Assembly: GCF_009914755.1 (NCBI RefSeq) | Contig: NC_060927.1 | Direction: 5' to 3' (one strand) | Length of the DNA stretch: 64,000 bases | From: the human T2T-CHM13v2.0 reference genome, Homo sapiens | In this document: positions 16,495-32,360 of the stretch, piece after piece | Numbering within the stretch: the stretch's first letter is position 1 | Layout of the letters: each line of letters starts with the position of its first letter | The notes under the pieces: model-generated | The model's input: the letters and a program-made list of their open reading frames with translations, nothing else | Told to the model about the DNA's origin: nothing | Database searches by the model: none | Position numbers and translations under genes: made by a program

Positions 16495-17164
16495 TGCATG
16501 GGATCTTTTGATCTACAGTGAGGGGAAGAGGGATCAGTTTTAATTGGAGGATGGGCTGGAGGAGACAGAAGGACCACCAGAGGGATGCTATGGCATCTCT
16601 TCTTTGAACCATAATAGAGAAAGGAAAAGGGTTAGAGAATGAAGCTGCTCAGATGAGATTTTTGGAGACCCTGGGCCCAAGCACATCTGCTTTAGGGTCC
16701 TGGGAGCACCATGGGGCACTGGTTGTGGGCAGGACTGGTCATCTTGCCTCAGCGCCAGAACCAGATGGCATGGTAGTGAGAAAGCTCCACCAAATGACCT
16801 TGTGGGCAATGTCCTGGCCAGGAGGAGGGGTGGCTGGGGCAGGAAGTGATGCACAGGTGGGACAGAAACTGCAGTGGATCAGCAGGCCTGAGAGGACACC
16901 CCATGTGACTCCTAGAAGTAGCAGGTTGAACCACAGGGTTGCTGATAGCCAGTGGTCAAGATGATGGGGCTTGGGTCTTTACCATGTGGTTATAAGGAAG
17001 GAGGGCATCATTTTGAGGCCATAGGCTGGTGAAAGTGCTATTGATTTAATCCAAAATGCTTTGGCATAGAAAATCCAGAAAAGACAAGCAAAATGTTTCT
17101 TTCTTCAAATGATTTACAATGACTCCACTTTGTTATCTTGCCTAATATAGACTTGGCCAGAACT

Positions 17165-18058
17165 TCTGTTTAGCTAGCTAGTGCCGCAGAACAAATCACC
17201 TCACAATTTAGTGCCTTACAGTTTCGTAATCTCTCAGGATTTCTGTAGATAAGGAGTTTGGGAAAGGCTTGTTGGGGTGGTTCTGGTTCCAGTCATTTGT
17301 GTGGTTACTCTTGGACAGTGGCTGGAGCTTGGAGAGCCAGGGTTGAAGCAGCAGGTGGCCGGCTGGGCACCTCTGCTTCTTTATATGGCTTCAGGGCCTC
17401 TGTGGCCTCTCCATGTGGACTGGTTTAGGCCTCCTCACAGACTGATGGCCTCAGGACAGTTAAAATGCTTACACAGGGCTCAAAACTTCAGGAGTGAGGA
17501 TCACAGGGAATAAGGTGGAATATGGGTCCCTTTTACAGCTGAGCCTCTGAAGTCACACAGCATCACTTCAATGGCATGCTGTTAATTGAAACAATCACAA
17601 AGAGGATGGGTGTGGTGGCTGACGCCTGTAGTCCCAGCACTTTGGGAGACTGAGGTGGGCAGATTGCTTGAGCTCAGGAGTTCAAGACCGGCCTGGGCAA
17701 CATGGCAAAACTCTGTCTCTACAAAATATACAAAAATTAGCTGTGCGTGGCGGTGTGTGCCTGTAGTCCTAGCTATACAGGAGGCTGAGGTGGGAGGATT
17801 GCTTGAATTTGGGGAGGTCAAGGCTGCAGTGAAGCCGTGATTGTGCCACTGCACTCCAGCCTGAGTGACAGAGTGAGACCCTGTCTTAAAAAACAAACAC
17901 ACAAACAAACAAACCAGTCACAAAAGCCCACCCCACATCAAGGGGAGGGGAATTGAACTCCACCTCTTGATGGAGAAATGATAAGGTAATAGAAAAGCAT
18001 GGGGTTGGGGAGAGGTGGGAGATATTGCATCCATCTTTAAAAAATACAACTGCAACCA
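17165..18058 (-). mobile_element. MaLR LTR (MLT1H/I-like), split by an Alu
   Basis: acaaatcacctcacaatttagtgcctt...ctccatgtgg...gaagtcacacagcatcacttc...ctccacctcttgatgg, antisense MLT1 signatures. Confidence 0.75.
17604..17913 (+). mobile_element. Alu (AluJ-like)
   Basis: Sense dimer with (AAAC)n tail. Confidence 0.93.
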
Positions 18059-19029
18059 TCTTTTCCATGCAGAGTGAAATCATCCTCGCAAGCCTTCCTC
18101 CAAGGCTAGCTCCTTTCAAGATAGCCTTCCTCTGTGACTGGGTTTTTTCCTGCCCAGCATTCAGCCACCTTTTCTACCTGTTTTAATCTCCACTCTTCCC
18201 ACAGCCCAACCCCTCAACTGTATTTGTCATCTCCTTGTGATTCCCACTTATTATGCAGACCAAAAACTCTCCAGCTCTCCTGCTGGGTGATCCTTTCCTA
18301 AAAAGGCACTGAACTAACAGTTCTTATGAATGAAGGAAGTGCAGAAACCCATCGGAACACGATGACTAAGATGCAGGGCAGCTCTGGGACAGTCGCTGAT
18401 TGAAACATCCCTGAGTTCTCTGAGCATCAAACATGCCTGTGAGATCCTTGATTACACTGCAGGTAAGCAGACAGGAGGACAGATGTTGTGTAAGGTTGGG
18501 GAACGCAAGGAAGATGAATGGACTTCAAGACAAGGGAAGGCTCTCAGGGAATACTTTCCAAGCCCGCAGGAATGTAAGGACACTCCCACATCGCTGGTAA
18601 GTGAGTCATCACCAATCACCATCCAGTTAAGAATCATTGTATGTAACAGGCTTAGAATCAAAGCCTTATTATTATTATTATTATTATTTTAATCAACAGA
18701 AAAGAGAACCTATTTAGAAGTCTGGAGAATGATCTAAAAGGACAGGCTAAGATGAGAACACTTGGAGGCAGGACAGTAGAAAGACAGGGACACTCCTGTG
18801 TGACTGTTGGGAAGAGCAAACTCATAGGGAAGCAAGGAGGCACTTGCCAGCTGGGACCTGCTGGTGTCATCATCTAGTTCCCCTGAACTCACAAGATATT
18901 TGCCACCCTTCAGGGGACTTCGTCACCATGTGCCGCTCTTCTCCCTGGGGCAATTATCCTTTTTAATTATGTGGCAGTGATATAACTGTGCCCCATATTT
19001 GTCAGGCACATTGGTTTGTTTGCAATAAT

Positions 19030-19230
19030 TCTAGCTAGAGGAGGTCAGACTCAGACCCAGGTGAGAATTCTGGCTCTGTTACTGTCCAGCCTGGTGACTT
19101 AACCTTTCTGGAGCTCTGTTTGCTCATGGAAACTGTAAAATGGGGATTATTACACCCTACCTTTGTGTCACAATAATAAAATGGGATACAGTGAGTAAAA
19201 TGTTTAGAATAGCCTCAGACCCCATTGATG
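19030..19230 (+). mobile_element. MIR
   Basis: gaattctggctctgttact...ctgtaaaatggggattatta. Confidence 0.7.
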
Positions 19231-19813
19231 CTTAATCAAGTGTGTTCTTTTTCTGTTCTCTCTTAATTATTCAGCACCATTAGTGAGCATCTTTTTTTCC
19301 TTTTGTAACCAGCCTCAAACTTGTTTATTTTTCCAGGTGTACATTGTCACTAGAAGCCAGGCATTTAAAATAAAACATGGTTATAATAAAGGTTGGTCAT
19401 AATAAAGTGTTGGTCATACTACACAGTAATTATTACTCTAGGAGGTTCAGCAAAGGAACACCCCTTTTCCACAGCTTCCTCTTCATGTATAGGCCTTCCA
19501 AACCAATTTTTCTGTAAGAGGTCCTTTTTCTGGCAAGTTGAAAGCCACCAACTCCTTCAAAGATCAGATGTAGGCAATGAGATGCTACCAAGTAGGGCAA
19601 TACAGCCCACCTCGCATCCTGGCTCTGGTCCTTGGGTCCAGGATCCTAGATTTCCCAATGGGTCACCTGTTGCCACCACAGGTCTAGAAAGGGGATGTTT
19701 GGAAGTTTTATTTTGGAGTTTGAGTCCATGAGGCACGTAGAAGCCTTGAAGGCAGGCTGCAAATGTCCCCATTCAAGCCCCATCCCTTATAAGCACAAAC
19801 CACAGATCACCTA

Positions 19814-20155
<342 letters not shown>

Positions 20156-20985
20156 ACCCATACCCTCCATCTGTATCCACCTGAGAGCTCTCATACAGCT
20201 GCTTAAGACCCAATTCCTAAGTATCTCTCTTCTTCTGCAGGCCTTCTCTCTCAAGCAGATGCACTCTTATCGTTTGAGGCTGCAGATGCCAGGGACATGT
20301 TTCCATTGCAGCATCATCAAGATGGCTTGGGATCAAGATGACTTGGGCGCACTATCCTCCCTACCAGGCCCTGAGCAACACCATCATTTCTCATTCCTAA
20401 TTCCCAGGAGAGCATGGCACAGAGAGGTGCTCAGTGAGTATTTGTTGACCTGAGTCAGACCAACGAAAGGAAAGACTTTTCAGACTTTGCAACCCTGATA
20501 TTCCATGATGAATTAAAAAAGAAAAACAACCGAGGCAGTAAACTTTATTTTCAGGGTCCAAGTAAGTCTAAAATATATGTTTTAGGGCTGAAATGTTCAC
20601 ATTACAACTTGGATGTACATAAACATTTTGCTTACAATTTTTTCTCTAAGTGATTCTTGCTTTAAAACTTCATTTCTTTCTACCTAAAATCATCTTTAAA
20701 ATTCAGTCTCTGCAATAGGCAACTATTTCTTAAATATAACTCAAAAGGCATTAAACATCAGGGGAAATTTTGATAAATTGGGCTACACTAAATTTAAGAA
20801 CTTCCAACCATCAGAAGGTAAGACTATGAAAACGATGTCACAGACTTGAGAGGGCATTTGTTGATAAGTACATCTCACAGAGGATTCACAGGACATAAAG
20901 AACCCCTCCATGCCAATAGGCAATGTCAACAGCTCAGTACGGAAATGGGCAAATGACCTGAACTGGCAGTTCACAACAGAGAATG

Positions 20986-21333
20986 CAGTCACGCACCACT
21001 TAATGACAGGGGTATGATCTGAGAAATGGGTTGGATGATTCTGTCATTGTATAAATATCATACAGTGTACTTATACAAACCTAGATGGTATAGCTTACTA
21101 TACACCTAGGCTATATGGTGTAGTCTTATTGCTCTGAAGCTACAAACATGCTCAGCATGTTACTGTACTGAATACTGTAGACAGCTGTAACACAGTAAAT
21201 ATTTGTGTGTCAAAACACACCTAAACATAGAAAAGGTATAGTAAAAATATGGTATTGTAAACATATAATATAATATAATTGTTGTATGTGCAGTCTGTCA
21301 TTGACCAAAACATCATTATGTGGTGCATGACTG
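20986..21333 (+). mobile_element. Tigger3a (MER7A-type) Tc-Mar DNA transposon
   Basis: TIRs CAGTCACGCACCAC ... GTGGTGCATGACTG followed by TA; internal acaaacctagatggtatagc...ctaggctatatggt. Confidence 0.9.
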
Positions 21334-21582
21334 TATTTAAGTGGCTAATAGGGATATGAAATGCAGTTCAATCTAAAACCACAATGGATTACCACTACAC
21401 ACCTACTGGAATGCTAAAATTAAAAGGCTGGCCATCCTAAGTGTTGGAGAGGACATGGAACAACAGTAACTCCCTATCTACTCAATCAGAACACATAGAG
21501 ACTCTATGACATAGACACACACTCCTGGGTATGTAGTAAACACAAATGAATGTGTGTGCTTACCAAAGATAATGTGCAAGAA

Positions 21583-22020
21583 GGGTGGGCACTGTGGCTC
21601 CCGCCTGTAGTCTCAATACTTTGGGAGGCTGAGGCAGGAGGATCATTTGAGGCCAGAAATTCAAGACCAGCCTGGGCAACACAGGGAGACCCCATCTCTA
21701 CAAAAATTTTTTTAGGTTAACCAGGTGTGGTGGCACATATCTGTAGTCCCAGCTACTCAGGCGGCGGAGGTTGGAGGATTGCTTGAGCCTAGGAGTTTGA
21801 GACCAGCCTAGGCAACATAGTGAAAACCCATCTCTATAAAAAACACAAAATTTAGCCAGGCATGGTGGCATGTGCCTGTAGTCCCAGCTACTTGGGAAGC
21901 TGAGGTATGAGGATCATGCGAGCCTGGGAGGTCAAGGCAGTGGTGAGCCATGATGGTGCCTCTGCACTCCAGCCTTGGTGATAGAGTGAGACCCTGTCTC
22001 AATAATAATAATAATAATAT
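21583..22020 (+). mobile_element. Three-arm Alu (AluJ-like chimera)
   Basis: Left arm, hybrid arm and right arm, followed by an (AAT)n tail. Confidence 0.85.
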
Positions 22021-22599
22021 ACAAGAATGTGCATAGTAACCCTACTTGTAATTACCAAAACCTGGAAACTGCCTACATGTCTGTCATCAGTAGAGTGGCA
22101 CCTCTACACCATGAGATGCCACGTGGTGATGGGAATGCATGAACCATGATGGCACGCAACAGCGTGGATGCATCTCACAAACATAGTAGTGAGCCACAGG
22201 AGCCAGCCAGAAAAGAGTACAAACTGCCTGGATTCATTGCATAAAGTTCAAAAACAGGCAAAACGCAAAACTACTCTATGCTGCTTGACACTTTCATTGA
22301 CATACATCATACCTATAGAAAAGTCCACAACTGACCTGGGGTAGTGACTGCAAGGGAAATTAGCGGGGCTGTGGGTGCTGGTAAGTTCTGATTCTTGATC
22401 TGGGTGCTGGCTAGACAAGTGTCTTTAATCTACTATGAAAATTCATCAAATTGGGAGTTTTTGATTTGTGCACTTTTCTAATCCTTAAATAAAAAATTTA
22501 CAAAAAAACCTTTACATAACTTTGCCCTTCAGCTGATTTGGATCGCACACTCCCTAATGGGGCCCTTTCTTCTCCTGAAGGCATCTTCCTGAGACTTAT

Positions 22600-22812
22600 A
22601 GAAGAAGCCAAGGAGCTGAGAGCAGCAGAGACAAGAAACAGAGGGAGAGTGAGAAAGTCCAGGGTAAGTCTTGGCTCTTGTCTCTCTCTGAGCCCAGCTG
22701 CAGTCCCCCGCTTCCTGGGATTTGGTTACTTAATCCAGGAAATTCCCCTTTTGGCCCATGCTGGTTTGAAATGGGTTTATGCCCTCAACAATCAACAGAG
22801 TCCTGACTAATA
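22600..22812 (+). mobile_element. MaLR LTR 3' part (MLT1-like)
   Basis: Ends aaattccccttt...ggtttgaaatggg...agagtcctgactaata. Confidence 0.65.
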
Positions 22813-22822
22813 GTCCCATTAG

Positions 22823-23214
<392 letters not shown>

Positions 23215-23923
23215 TTGTGTTTAAGTTTTAGAAGAACAGTACCCACCTCTTCACCCACTCCCCTTCTGATCATCAAGGTTGTCAAAAAGAAGGCTCGATC
23301 TCAACTTGGGCACCTATTCCACAAAGATTAGGACTGAGCACTTAACTGATGGTCCATGCGCAGGTGTTAACTCAATGAATAGGTGAACTAGATATGGCAC
23401 AGTAATATGGTAGCAGGAAATACACATCAGAGCCAGGACATATCACCTCAGGTGCTGGCTTATATTTTATGAGGATGATATAGTATTTCTGGGAACCCTT
23501 ACAGAGCTAACAAATATTCAGTCATTTGTCAGGTAAGTGGTATAAGCTATCTGATTGCAGAGATAGTTTTCAATATTTTCCTCATGGTTACAGTTCCAGA
23601 GCTTGATGACCTATTTGAATGTTTATAGAAACACAACCTTTCCAGGAGCAGCTGAGAGAGCTTGTTGCAAGCAAGAAGTGATTGTAATGTGGATATCACT
23701 GCAGGATGTGACATGACATGCCAGTGGAAAGATGTAGCAGATATCAGCAGGGGAAGTAGATCAGCAGAGTCACTTTAATGATGAAGGCTGTGGAAATGTG
23801 TGGAAATGGTTACAGAAAGCAGGAGGCAGTCCAGCTGTTTCACAGTGGGCAGGTCTATGCAAACCTGCCACAAAGTTTGAGGAAGCTGAGAAGCCAAAGA
23901 AAGAGGCTGACAAATCTGGTTTC

Positions 23924-24327
<404 letters not shown>

Positions 24328-24337
24328 ATATATATAT

Positions 24338-24632
24338 ATTTAAACAGAGTCTTGCTGTGTCACCCAGGCTGGAGTGCAGTGGCACTCTCGCTCACTGCAA
24401 CCTCCGCCTCCCAGGTTCAAGAGATTCTCTCCTGTCTCAGCCTCCCTAGTAGCTGGAACTACAGGCATGCAGGCATGCACCACCACCATGCCTGGCTACT
24501 TTTTGTATTTTTAGTGGAGACAGGGTTTCACCATGTTGGTCAGGCTGGTCTCGAACTGCTGACCTCAAATGATCCACCTGCCTCGGCCTCCCAAAGTGCT
24601 GGAATTATAGGCATGAGCCCCTGTGCCCAGCC
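24338..24632 (-). mobile_element. Alu (AluS-like)
   Basis: Antisense dimer; outer TSD aaatctggtttc. Confidence 0.93.
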
Positions 24633-25323
24633 AAATCTGGTTTCTTAGAAAGAAACATTTAATAGGGTCTTAGGAACAGAAGCCATGTCTACTTCTCCAG
24701 TGGCAGCAAGACCAGATGGGGGATCCCTGCACCATCACCCCCCAAGACCCTGGGCTTATATACCACAAGGGAGGGGTGGGTTAGAAGGGACATGTAGGTC
24801 AATTGAAGTAGATAACATCAAGGTTGCTTGATCTAAGGGCAGGATTTATGGTAAGTACCTGCTCTAAACAAGGAACAATAAACTGGAAATCTTAGAGGAC
24901 TTCCCAGAACAGCGGTTAATCAGAAGCTAACATGGTGGATTAACTTCCAGGATGGAGCTGTTGTAGCCTCAACACCAGCTTACTTACAGACACAGGTAAA
25001 GGTCCTCAGATCCCCAAATGCCCATGAGGACAGAGCTCCACAAGTGATGCCAACCTCACAGAGCAAGGGCTCTGCCAGGCACAAGGTGCCATCTGCCAAT
25101 AGGAGGGGTGAAGGGGTTTATTGCTCCTACTTCTAGCCCTGCAACCCCAAGTATTTTGGAGACTGGCTACATACCTGTCCACTTACCAGGTGCAAGGTGT
25201 GGTACAGAATAACCCTAGCACATTCCTAAGAGTTCATCCTGAAAATGGATAGGGTAAAGTCCTATTTCCCAGGGGCACCCATCGCTGCAAAGGGTTTTTG
25301 CCCCACCTGGAGGGGCTTGGTAG

Positions 25324-25674
<351 letters not shown>

Positions 25675-26252
25675 TCATCACTCATTCTTATAGCCTTTGT
25701 GCCATTAAGCCTGGACCAGGAAGCAGGGGTAAATCTCTCTAAGGAAGAGGAAGGTGGTGACAGCATTAATGAAAGGCTTCATTTTTCTGCTTTAAGTTTC
25801 AAAGTAGACTTAAAATCTGATAGCAAGACAATAGTCTCAAATGCCAGACTTTGCAGAGAGAGAAAGGGTTTTCTTAAAACCCCCAAGGCTGGGGTTTTTA
25901 CATATCAAAAAAATCGAAGCTCAGAGAAATTGAGTGATCATTGAGTGAATCATGGAAGAAAGAAAAATGCAGATATGACAAAAGGGAAGTTTCTACCCTA
26001 CAGGAAGAAGGACAGCTACTTTGAGACTTGGAGAAGGAGTTAAGAAATGGGACAAGAAAAGGCAGGCCAGGGGCAGGTTGTGAGTGTGCTGGTTTTTCCC
26101 GCCCCACCCATCAGGATCAAAGCTCCAGGTGTAAGAGACGATAGAAACACTCAGATAGTTTTAAAGACTCCACGAACATAAGGGCTGGTGCTCCCACTTC
26201 CCTGGGTATAGCCTGAGGAGTCTTCAAATCTCTCAAGGGAGCCTTTGGATCA

Positions 26253-26648
<396 letters not shown>

Positions 26649-27474
26649 GTAAAATAACATTTGAACTTGCATGAGTTGTGGAGGGAGCCCAGGAGTTCCT
26701 GTGTGCCAACAGGGGTTGGGGGCCAAAAAGTATCTGAGGTACTAGCTGGTGATTTCACCAGAACATCACCATAAAGAAGGCAAAGTGACTCTACAACGAA
26801 GAGCTGCAGAAAGGACTCCTCAAACCAGCAATCAAATAGCTTTCCCATGCAGCCCTTGGGGATCAGGAGTCACAGTGAGAGCCAGATGAGGCTGAGGCAG
26901 CAAGGTAAAGCCTCTAACCTTGCAGGCAGCATGTGATTGTGCCACAAGGCCAAGACCTGAAGCTAAGTTAGCTTCCCCTGCATCCAGCTGCCATCTTGGA
27001 ATAAAGCGGAGAAAGGAAAATCCTTGCATTGGTGGAGAGACCCAGACACTATGTAATTACTCAAAAAGAGATTATTTTAAACCAGAGGAGGCTGAGATAC
27101 CATAACAGTAAGATCAAAAATTTTCTTGCATGCAGCGGAAATGGGGTTTCAAGAGCTGGTTGGGATCTTATTGATGGTTGTGTTTTGCATATCTGAGCAA
27201 ATTCTACCCTGACCACAGGATACTCATGACTTCCATAACTACATACTTATTTTTTTTCAATTATGATGGTAATATATATGATTTCATTGTAGAAAACTTG
27301 GGGGGAAATACTATAAAGAAGAAAATAAAAATAATTCTGTAATTTCACCAGCCATAGATAACCACTGTAAACATCTTGGTTTATTTTTTTCCCATCTTTT
27401 TTCTATGTATATGTGCATGTGTATGTGTATCACTGTGATTGTATGTGCATCTTACTTGTTCACAAGATTCTTTA

Positions 27475-28160
<686 letters not shown>

Positions 28161-28312
28161 GCCAGTGATACATTTTTAAATGTTAAGATAAATATGAAGA
28201 AAATAAGAGGCTCTGTGGATATATTTAGGAATTTAAAGTTGGGTTTTACAGCTTAAGTAAACAAACAAAAAACAGAATCATGTATCTTGACATATCAGTC
28301 TGGAGTCAGAAC

Positions 28313-28403
28313 CTTTTTTTTTTTTTTTTGAGGCAGAGTCTCACTCTGTCCCCCAGGCTGCCCAAAGTGCTGGGATTACAGGCATGAGCCACTGTGCCTG
28401 ACC
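28313..28403 (-). mobile_element. Internally deleted ~90 bp mini-Alu with both ends and TSD
   Basis: Poly-T-gaggcagagtctcactctgtcccccaggctg|cccaaagtgctgggattacaggcatgagccactgtgcctgacc, flanked by tggagtcagaac. Confidence 0.9.
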
Positions 28404-29089
28404 TGGAGTCAGAACTTTAACAGCAGAAAAACAGGAGTGGTACTCCTTTAAATCACGGACGGTCATTCTGTGTTTTTTGGGGAGACTGATGCTAGGTCCC
28501 AGTGGTCTCCTGCAGGGGCTGGAACCACCCCAGAGAAAGGAGAGCAGGCTTCTGTCCCTTCTTTCTGCACTTGCAAATAACACAGGTCAGCCCAGGGCCA
28601 GAACCTTGGGGCAGCTCCACCGAAGGAGCTGTCCTGTTGCCCCTGATCCTTCCGTCCCAAGTCCCAAGCCCAATCCTCACACCAAGGCAAGGTGGGGAGG
28701 AGGCAGAGGTTGTGGGGGTGTGGGTGGGTGGGGGTCCTTATGTCCCACAGTACGGGAGCTGGACCAGGAAGATGGAATTTGCTACCCTGAGTGACCATAG
28801 AGAGGGTTTCTAGAACCTCAACTTTGCAGGCAGGTTTAGAAAGTACACTTGTCCTCCCACTGCTAACAGCTGGGGAAGTGCGTGTGTGTGTGCTGCTCCA
28901 ACAGCTCAGAAGTCCTGGGAGCTTTTAAAAACTTCCCAATCCAAGTTCTGCCTACTGGGCTCCAGCCTTCCTCAGAAAGACACTTCTGAAGGCCGACTGC
29001 TCGGTTCTTCGAAGTAGCTCAGCCAGACCTGACGACACCACTGGCCTGCGGGTAGATTCTCTGCAGGGCCAGCCTGCACCTCCCAGCAA

Positions 29090-29107
29090 GGGCACCACCT
29101 GGTGGCG
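29090..29107 (-). promoter_or_regulatory. Candidate CTCF binding site
   Basis: Minus strand CGCCACCAGGTGGTGCCC, close to the CTCF core CCASYAGRKGGCRS, in non-repetitive DNA. Confidence 0.55.
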
Positions 29108-29124
29108 GGCACTCTGTAGGATGG

Positions 29125-29181
29125 GCTCTCTCTCTCTCTCTCTGTTGGGGGGGGTGTGTGTGTGTGCACGCGTGTGTGTGT
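29125..29181. repeat. (CT)n-G8-(GT)n compound simple repeat
   Basis: Seen directly. Confidence 0.9.
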
Positions 29182-30899
29182 TTAGGTGGAGGGTAAAGTG
29201 GATGGGGAGGGGATTTACCCTCTGCAGCCTCAGGCTTCCCTGGCAAGCCACCGCCTTGGACATGACATTTGCTGGCTTGGCTGGGGCCCTGTGGCCAGAT
29301 GTCAGAATTTAAGTTCTGCGCTTAGGGCTTGTGCAACCTTAGACATTAAACGTCTCTAAGCCTGTTTCTTATCAGTAAAAGGAAGATCAAAGTACCTAGC
29401 TCTTTGGGTTCTTTGTTAAAAATAAGATTATGCTTTGGATTCCTCAGAAATAGATCCTGAGAGATTCAGACATAAGTAGTTTATTTGAGAAGTGACTCCA
29501 GGAAAAACCACTTGGGGAGGGCGATGTGAGCCAGGAGTGGGGAAGAAGATGGCAAGAGTGACTTATCCAGCAAGTGTTTTGCCACTGAGGGCACCTGCAC
29601 ACCATCCCTCTCAGTAGGACCTTGCCTGAGGGGCAAGGGAGCTGGGGTATTTATCCACAGATTCCCATCATTCACTGTGGGAGGACCACTCCTGGGGTGC
29701 CTTAATGCCTCAGCTCTCTCATTATTTGACACGTGGGCACGGTGGGCACCAGCAACCAGAGAGGATCCTCAGATAGATTCGGAAATGATGGCATTCGGAA
29801 GTTGGGACAACATGTATGGAAATGGTTAGTGGGGAGGGGGGATGGCTGGGGCACCACCAAAGTCTTCTATATGCATGATTAAAAATTCTCAGAACATAGT
29901 AACATTTCAATAAACAATAGCTATTTATAATAGTACACATCCGTGGTCCCCGGCAAAGTGTGACACAGCTGATAACCTAGAGGTAGGTCCAGATAGGCTG
30001 TGTGCCATGGGAGCGCTAGGCACCAACAGCCCTACAGCAGGTGTTTAGTGTCCCCTCTTGTATATATAGGGGAACTGAGGCTCATGGAGCATGAGAGCCT
30101 TGTTGAGGGTCATGAGGCCGATCGTGCCAATGTTGGTCTCCTGCGAGCTGTGCTGCTGCTCCCACCATTCCAGGACTGTAAAGAGTTTTCATCCTGTGTC
30201 TGTGTTAAAATGTGCTCTCTCTGAGCCCCACCATGACAGCGCAGAAATTTGTTTCCATCTGTAAAATGTCAAGGCTGAATCTTTTATGTTCTGCCCTGGG
30301 TCTGTGCCCGATAATGAACTCCATCCAAGCCCTGTGGCTGCCTCCAGCCCACGAGACTCTTTGGAACAAAACGAATAATTCTCAGTGGCAGGAGAGAGTG
30401 AGGGAATGGTTTCATCACTCTTTTCCTGCACGACTCAGACCTGAGAGAAAAGAAGAGGGAATTGGCAGAAATAGAAGGCGGCAGGGACGCTCTCTCACTT
30501 GTTCCCTGCAGTCATGCCTGTATGGAATTTGGGAGTTTGCTGGACCAGGGGGGCTGCTTTGGGTCCACTGGGAGCAGAAACCTGGGGTTCCATCACCTGC
30601 CTCATGGCGGGGCATCGAGTCTGCTCTCAGCTCTCTTTCCTGAACACCATTGCCACATCTGTCTGTGCTGGTGACGAAAGAGAGAGAAGCCTCAACTGTC
30701 TCCTTTGTACTGCACTAGGCCATTCCGCAACTCAAGCAGGAGAAAAACCCAGGAGTGGGGTGGCGTAGGCGGGGCCACCACAAGGAGCCCGTGCATCAGG
30801 GGGCGCAGGCTGTTTCTGGATCATTCCACTGGGAAGGGGACAAAACCCATCTTTTATGACCCATGTTCAGTTCTCAGTTGGAGTCAGGTAAGCCTTTCC

Positions 30900-31275
<376 letters not shown>

Positions 31276-31394
31276 ACTAGGCTATAAGATAGTCCTGGGT
31301 GAGCCAGGTCTCCAGTTGGGACATGTGTTTCTAAAGGAGTGTGGAGAGGAAGTAAACTTTTAGGTATATTTTCCTTTAAAATCATGACAACAGT

Positions 31395-31510
31395 ACCTAT
31401 GGGAGAGGTACTGTTATTATTCCCATTTTACAGAAAAGGAAACTGAGGCCTAGAAAGCAGCTGGCCAGTGCCAGGGCTAGTATTTGAAATAGACTAGTCT
31501 GGCCTCACTG
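31395..31510 (-). mobile_element. MIR
   Basis: tattattcccattttacagaaaaggaaactgaggcctagaaag. Confidence 0.8.
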
Positions 31511-32164
31511 GGCACCACCTCCACCCCACCTGGCTGGTCCCACTTCTCACTCCATTCTGCTGGAATCATTCCATGAGCTAAAATGTCTAACGATGTTGGG
31601 CCTTTGACTTCCCTCTGAAGGGAATTGGTAGGCTGAGCTGAATCTGCAGGGTTTCGGCCATCTCATCTGGCAAATTAAGTGTGACATGGGGGTTCCGGAA
31701 TGAGGTGGATGTGAATTGTAAAGAACACGGGCTTATTTGAGCCTAGAATCGGGCCAGTCATGGATCTGCATTGAAAAGGGACTTGGGGAGCTGTATGAGT
31801 GGGGCTGGGCCATTCCTGGAGTGGCGAGGCCTTCCTGGAGGACCCCACATCTGTTTGCTGCTTCAGCACAGGAGAGAGACTCTTTGAGGGGATGCAAACC
31901 TGGAGAGTCCCCTCCCCACACTGAAGGATCAGAAACCATGGAGGGTCCTTGCCCCAGTGCAGCGGCAGAGCCTGTGGCCCCAGCCCTACGCGGTGCTGGG
32001 ACTCTCCATTTCAGTGGGGTGGTCAGAGGGGAGGCAGAAGGCCCCGAGAAACCTTTCCTTCAACATCCCCAGGGCCCGAGAGTGAACCAGACTCTAGGTG
32101 GTGGGAGAGGGGATGCTTGCAAAAGATCAAGAACAACAGCCCTGAAGATTTTCAATAATCAGTA

Positions 32165-32360
32165 TTAGTAAACCTCACTCATGAAGCACTTTCTATGTGC
32201 CAAGGAACACCCTAGGGGTTCTTCATAATTACTCTTCCCAACTCTCTGGCTGCTGGGTAGGTATTATTTTCTCTGTTTTACAGATGAGGAAGAGAATGCC
32301 CAGCAAGGTAAAATGGCAGAGCTAAGATGCAAACAAACTCAGGTCTGCAATGCCCAAACC
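32165..32360 (-). mobile_element. MIR
   Basis: gcactttctatgtgccaagg...gtaggtattatttt...ttttacagatgaggaa. Confidence 0.75.

Larger units (their letters stand above)
20715..22500 (+). mobile_element. Old L1M (L1ME/MD-like) 3' region, interrupted by Tigger3a and an Alu
   Basis: aaatgggcaaatgacctgaac, aaaaccacaatggattaccactacacacctact, ttcttgatctgggtgctgg...aaaattcatcaa...tgtgcacttttc. Confidence 0.8.

Noticed and set aside
16572-16590. CTCF-like CCACCAGAGGGATG
   Set aside because: Mismatches at key 3' core positions; weaker than the 29090 site.
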